Sequence record: PZ465523.1
Reading direction: 5' to 3' (one strand)
Length of the DNA stretch: 49,119 nucleotides
Source: a phage
The position numbers were made by a program, and so were the translations under genes. Below, piece after piece: positions 45,276 through 49,119 of this stretch. The notes under the pieces are model-generated. The model saw only the letters and a program-made list of their open reading frames with translations. It ran no database searches and was not told the origin of the DNA. Positions within the stretch are counted from its first letter, which is position 1; every line of letters starts with the position of its first letter.

Positions 45276-46058
45276 ATGAGCGAAAACAAAAAACTTTATG
45301 ATGAAGAAAGCGGGAGAAGCCTGTTTCACAACTGCCTACAATCACTGTATCCTGGCGAGATAATCACCCTTATTGAAGTTGATGGTAGTAAGTTCGGTGC
45401 TCAGGTGTACAGATTCCACGGGGAGAATATCCAGTACACTCCAGAAGAAATCATGCAGGCCCAGCAAACAGGAACGCTGCCGCCGAAAGAAATTACCTTC
45501 CGTGGCGAGCAATACGGCGCAAGACCTTTTGGTATATCAGGGATCTCGTTCGACAGTTCAGGCAAGGCTACAAAACCACAATTAACGGTAGCAAACATTG
45601 ATAGTAGAGTGTCTGCGATGATTCGCGCGTATAACGGATTGATGCAGGCGAAGGTGACAATCTGGATCACTCAAAAGGACTTAATTAAACCTGATGGCTC
45701 AATCGCTGACGGTGCTTATCGGAAGCTGGTATACTATATCGAACGCCCGAGCTATGTCGATAAGAGCGTTGCAAGATTCGATCTCACGTCGCCGTATGAT
45801 ATGGATGGAATCATGATACCGTCACGACTCACGCAAAGCGTTTGCTATTGGGCGCAGCGTGGCTGGTATAAAACCGGGAAAGGTTGCGGATACAACGGGC
45901 AAAACGGTTACTTTGACAAAGACAATAATCCTGTAGATGATCCCGCGCTCGACTTCTGCCCGGGAACGGTAACTGCCTGCCGCCTTCGGTTCGGTGCAAA
46001 CAATGAATTGGATTTTGGCGGCTGTGCTGTCGCTTCACTACAGAGGAAAAATCAATGA
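45276..46058 (+). CDS. Minor tail protein (lambda L-like)
   Basis: Cys cluster near C-terminus; start after RBS AAGAGGAAA. Confidence 0.65.
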   Translation: MSENKKLYDEESGRSLFHNCLQSLYPGEIITLIEVDGSKFGAQVYRFHGENIQYTPEEIMQAQQTGTLPPKEITFRGEQYGARPFGISGISFDSSGKATKPQLTVANIDSRVSAMIRAYNGLMQAKVTIWITQKDLIKPDGSIADGAYRKLVYYIERPSYVDKSVARFDLTSPYDMDGIMIPSRLTQSVCYWAQRGWYKTGKGCGYNGQNGYFDKDNNPVDDPALDFCPGTVTACRLRFGANNELDFGGCAVASLQRKNQ

Positions 46059-46789
46059 TTAGTGCAAAAATTAAACTTGAAATCATGACCCACGCTCAAG
46101 AAGAATACCCCCGCGAATGCTGCGGGGTAGTTACCCAAAAGGGCCGGGTGCAAAAATACCATAGAGTCGATAATGTGCATCGTGATCCTGAAAATCATTT
46201 CATGATGGATGCTGTGCAGTACGCATGTATTGAGGACGACGCGGAATCAACCACGATCGCAATTGTTCATAGTCATACCGGGGACGGAGCTACAACTCTT
46301 CCAAGCGCTCACGATACGTGCATGTGTAATGAGATGGAGGTGACCTGGGTTATTGTTAGCGTACCGGAAGGAGATATGCGATTTGTGAAGCCTGAGAAAT
46401 TACCTCTGATTGGTCGTCCGTGGTCGTTAGGCTCATTTGACTGTTACGGTCTTGTTATGGCTTGGCACAAAGAGCACGGCGTAGAATTGCGCGATCGAAG
46501 GTTGAATTTTGAATGGTGGAAACCGGAATATGGAATTAATCTCTATCAGGATTATTACAAGCAAGATGGATTCGTTGAGATTCCAGATCAGAATAATCCG
46601 TCGCTCGGTGATATGGTAATCATGCAGATAGGGCAAAATGTTCCGGTGTGGAACCATGCAGGGATTTACCTGGGTGATAATCAGATCTTGCATCACGCAT
46701 TCGGAAAGCTATCACGTCGTGATATTTATTCCGGCTGGTATCAGGATCACACGGTTTTAATTGTTCGCCATAAGGATCTTAAATTATGA
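46055..46789 (+). CDS. Tail assembly protein (lambda K-like), MPN/JAB plus NlpC/P60-like
   Basis: JAMM-like HSHTGD motif and Cys/His-containing C-terminal domain. Confidence 0.7.
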   Translation: MISAKIKLEIMTHAQEEYPRECCGVVTQKGRVQKYHRVDNVHRDPENHFMMDAVQYACIEDDAESTTIAIVHSHTGDGATTLPSAHDTCMCNEMEVTWVIVSVPEGDMRFVKPEKLPLIGRPWSLGSFDCYGLVMAWHKEHGVELRDRRLNFEWWKPEYGINLYQDYYKQDGFVEIPDQNNPSLGDMVIMQIGQNVPVWNHAGIYLGDNQILHHAFGKLSRRDIYSGWYQDHTVLIVRHKDLKL

Positions 46790-47385
46790 ATGATGTAAAA
46801 GTAATCAAATTATCCGGTTCGCTTGGTAGGCGCTTCGGGGTCTTTCACCGCTTTGCTGTTGACTCTTACCCGGAAGCCATTCGTGCACTATCCAGTCAGG
46901 TAGATGGATTTAAAGAATACATGCAGAGCGAGGTGGGATCACGTAGCAAGTTTGCAATATTTGTAGATGGCGTTAACGTTGGACACCATGAAGAGGAAAA
47001 ATTCAAGTGCGCCAAAGAGATAAGGATTGTCCCGATCCCGACTGGTTCTAAGTCCGGCGGTCTATTCCAGGTTGTATTGGGTGCGGCAATAATGGTTGCG
47101 GCATTCTATACTGGCGGCGCATCTCTGGCGTTAATGGGCGCAATGTCCTCATCACTGTTTATGATGGGCGGCGCTATGGTGCTGGGAGGCGTGATGCAGA
47201 TGATTTCACCGCAGCCCGGAGGGGCAAACTTTGAAGTTCAATCAAGCAAGAATAAACCTTCGTACGCGTTCGGTGGTGCTGTCAATACGACTGCGGCGGG
47301 ATACCCTCTCCCGGTCCCGTATGGATATCGCGCCGGAGGTGGCGCAACTTTCTCAGCAGGTTCTTATGCTGAGGATATGAGTTAA
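46786..47385 (+). CDS. Tail assembly protein (lambda I-like)
   Basis: Gly/Ala/Met-rich hydrophobic C-terminal half. Confidence 0.65.
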   Translation: MNDVKVIKLSGSLGRRFGVFHRFAVDSYPEAIRALSSQVDGFKEYMQSEVGSRSKFAIFVDGVNVGHHEEEKFKCAKEIRIVPIPTGSKSGGLFQVVLGAAIMVAAFYTGGASLALMGAMSSSLFMMGGAMVLGGVMQMISPQPGGANFEVQSSKNKPSYAFGGAVNTTAAGYPLPVPYGYRAGGGATFSAGSYAEDMS

Positions 47386-47391
47386 AATATA

Positions 47392-47414
47392 CCCGCCTTG
47401 CGCGGGTTTTTTTT
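47392..47414 (+). terminator. Rho-independent terminator (cassette copy 2)
   Basis: Same stem CCCGCCTTGCGCGGG followed by TTTTTTTT. Confidence 0.7.
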
Positions 47415-47420
47415 CGCCTG

Positions 47421-47447
47421 TATAATGGGTTCACAGATAAATAGCAC
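47421..47447 (+). promoter_or_regulatory. Promoter before J-like gene: TATAAT followed by AATAGCAC half-box
   Basis: Read directly. Confidence 0.5.
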
Positions 47448-47462
47448 AAAAAGGTAAACACC

Positions 47463-49119
47463 ATGATTCAAAAAGTGATAAGCGGATCGAAAGGCGGTTC
47501 ATCTAAGCCGCATAAGCCAGTTGAGATGGAAGATAATCTAATCTCAATCAACAAAATCAAGATCCTGTTAGCTGTGTCTGATGGCGAGATTGACGAAACA
47601 TTCAGCCTAAAGCAGTTGATGTTTAACTCAGTCCCTGTGCAAAACGAGGATGGCTCATTTAACTTCGAGGGAGTAAATGCAGAGTTTAGGCCGGGGACGC
47701 AGACTCAGGAATATATCAAGGGGATGGAAGATAGCTCTAGTGAGGTAACTGTAAGCCGTGAGGTTACTACAGATAACCCATACACGATCTCAGTAACCAA
47801 CAAAACGCTTTCGGCAATCCGTATCAAAATGTTTATGCCTCGCGGCGTACGAATTGAAAGCAACGGTGATAAAAACGGCGTAAGAGTTGAGTATGAGGTG
47901 CAACAAGCTGTTGATGGCGGCTCGTTTGAGACGGTGCTCACCGATGTAATCGAAGGCAAAACAATGTCAGGTTATGATCGAAGCAGACGCATAAACCTTC
48001 CGAGCTTTAACAATCAGGTGATATTCAGAGTCGTTCGCAAAACTCCAGACTCTAACGATTCGAACGTGGTCGATGCTATTCAAGTGAAAAGCTACGCCGA
48101 GGTGATTGATGCAAAATTCCGTTACCCTCTGACTGGTCTTCTTTTCGTCGAGTTCGATTCGAAGATGTTCCCAAATCAGTTACCTACGATCTCAATTCGT
48201 AAGCGCTGGAAGATTGTAAACGTTCCGTCAAACTATGATCCAGAATCACGAACTTATAACGGAAATTGGGATGGAACTTTTAAGAAGGCGTGGACTAATA
48301 ATCCGGCTTGGGTGCTTTATGACCTGATGATTAATCAGCGTTATGGGCTGGATCAGAAAGAGCTTGGAATATCTGTCGATAAATGGGCGCTATATGAGGC
48401 GGCGCAATATTGCGACCAGATGGTTCCTGACGGAAAAGGCGGTACTGAGCCTCGCTACCTTTGCGACGTGATAATTCAGTCACAGACTGATGCGTACAAG
48501 GTGATTCGAGATATTTGCTCAATCTTCCGTGGAATGAGCTTTTGGAATGGTGAAAGCATTTCGGTAATCATCGACAGGCCGCGTGAACCTGCGTACATCT
48601 TCACTAACGACAACGTTGTTAACGGTGACTTCTCCTATACTTTCGCAAGCGAGAAAAGTATGTACACGACGTGCAACGTGATGTTTGATGATGAACAAAA
48701 CATGTATCAGCAGGACGTTGAGCCAGTATTCGATCGAGAAGCCACTCTACGGTTCGGGAATAACGTAACAAGCATTACAGCGATCGGGTGCACACGTCGA
48801 AGTGAAGCTAACCGTCGCGGACGATGGATTCTGAAAACAAACCTTCGCAGCACTACGGTAAACTTTGCTACCGGGCTTGAGGGTATGATTCCGACAATTG
48901 GAGATGTTGTAGCGATAGCTGATAACTTCTGGTCAAGTAACTTGACTATGAACCTGTCAGGGCGTTTGCTCGAAGTGTCTGGAAGTCAGATTTTCCTGCC
49001 GTTCCGCGTTGATGCTCGCGCAGGTGACTTTATTATCGTAAATAAGCCCGATGGCAAGCCCGCGAAGCGCACAATCTCAAGTGTTAGTGCGGATGGTAAG
49101 ACTATAGAGGTTAACATCG
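47463..49119 (+). CDS. Tail tip / host specificity protein (lambda J-like), N-terminal part; runs off window end and continues at 1..1884
   Basis: No stop before window end; frame continuous with 1..1884 through the repeat; about 1139 aa in total. Confidence 0.8.
   Translation, partial: MIQKVISGSKGGSSKPHKPVEMEDNLISINKIKILLAVSDGEIDETFSLKQLMFNSVPVQNEDGSFNFEGVNAEFRPGTQTQEYIKGMEDSSSEVTVSREVTTDNPYTISVTNKTLSAIRIKMFMPRGVRIESNGDKNGVRVEYEVQQAVDGGSFETVLTDVIEGKTMSGYDRSRRINLPSFNNQVIFRVVRKTPDSNDSNVVDAIQVKSYAEVIDAKFRYPLTGLLFVEFDSKMFPNQLPTISIRKRWKIVNVPSNYDPESRTYNGNWDGTFKKAWTNNPAWVLYDLMINQRYGLDQKELGISVDKWALYEAAQYCDQMVPDGKGGTEPRYLCDVIIQSQTDAYKVIRDICSIFRGMSFWNGESISVIIDRPREPAYIFTNDNVVNGDFSYTFASEKSMYTTCNVMFDDEQNMYQQDVEPVFDREATLRFGNNVTSITAIGCTRRSEANRRGRWILKTNLRSTTVNFATGLEGMIPTIGDVVAIADNFWSSNLTMNLSGRLLEVSGSQIFLPFRVDARAGDFIIVNKPDGKPAKRTISSVSADGKTIEVNI
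48999..49119. repeat. Terminal direct repeat, copy 2; identical to 1..121
   Basis: Exact identity read directly. Confidence 0.9.

Noticed and set aside
7503-47447. Possibility that the repeated 20-bp box is a CRISPR array or a dispersed mobile-element repeat
   Set aside because: Copies are irregularly spaced at gene junctions, strand-matched to operons and tied to -10 hexamers; there are no regular spacers, no terminal inverted repeats and no transposase, so a regulatory role fits better.
1-49119. Temperate lifestyle or integrated prophage (integrase, CI-like repressor, att sites)
   Set aside because: No integrase or recombinase signature and no repressor/anti-repressor pair; gene content is that of a virulent phage, and the terminal repeat is a circularisation overlap rather than att duplication.

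Overview
The window is an essentially complete genome of a virulent T1-like siphophage (Drexlerviridae-like) of an enterobacterial host; that family assignment is my recognition of gene content and order, not a database hit. The last 121 bp (48999..49119) exactly repeat the first 121 bp, and the tail-tip J-like gene runs across that junction (47463..49119 continuing into 1..1884), so the record is a circularly closed or terminally redundant assembly. Layout: lambda-like tail module and cor-like lipoprotein (1..3173); recE-like exonuclease, ERF, SSB (3699..5947); leftward tail fiber, primase and HTH protein (5976..9030); helicase, VRR-NUC, Dam, phosphoesterase and the lysis cassette (9125..16038); a leftward early operon ending in Dcm (16052..22164); a rightward early operon of many small genes plus a phosphatase/kinase pair (22857..30254); then terminase, portal, head and tail genes (30339..49119). 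No integrase, repressor, tRNA or CRISPR array was found. The most interesting signal is non-coding: about 24 copies of a dyad-symmetric box (TAGCA-N5-TGCTA inside AATAGCACnnnTTGCTAAAA), in early operons always 22-23 nt upstream of a -10-like hexamer, which looks like a phage-specific promoter/operator regulon. Other leads are a paralogous family of small Cys-containing repeat proteins, several recoding or pseudogene candidates (AUA start, in-frame TGA in an HNH gene, in-frame TAG, -1 frameshift in the tail chaperone), and a coupled phosphatase / Cys-His peptide / kinase trio. All functional calls are motif-level inference from reading the sequence and translations; no searches were run. Motif coordinates were read by hand and may be off by 1-2 nt.
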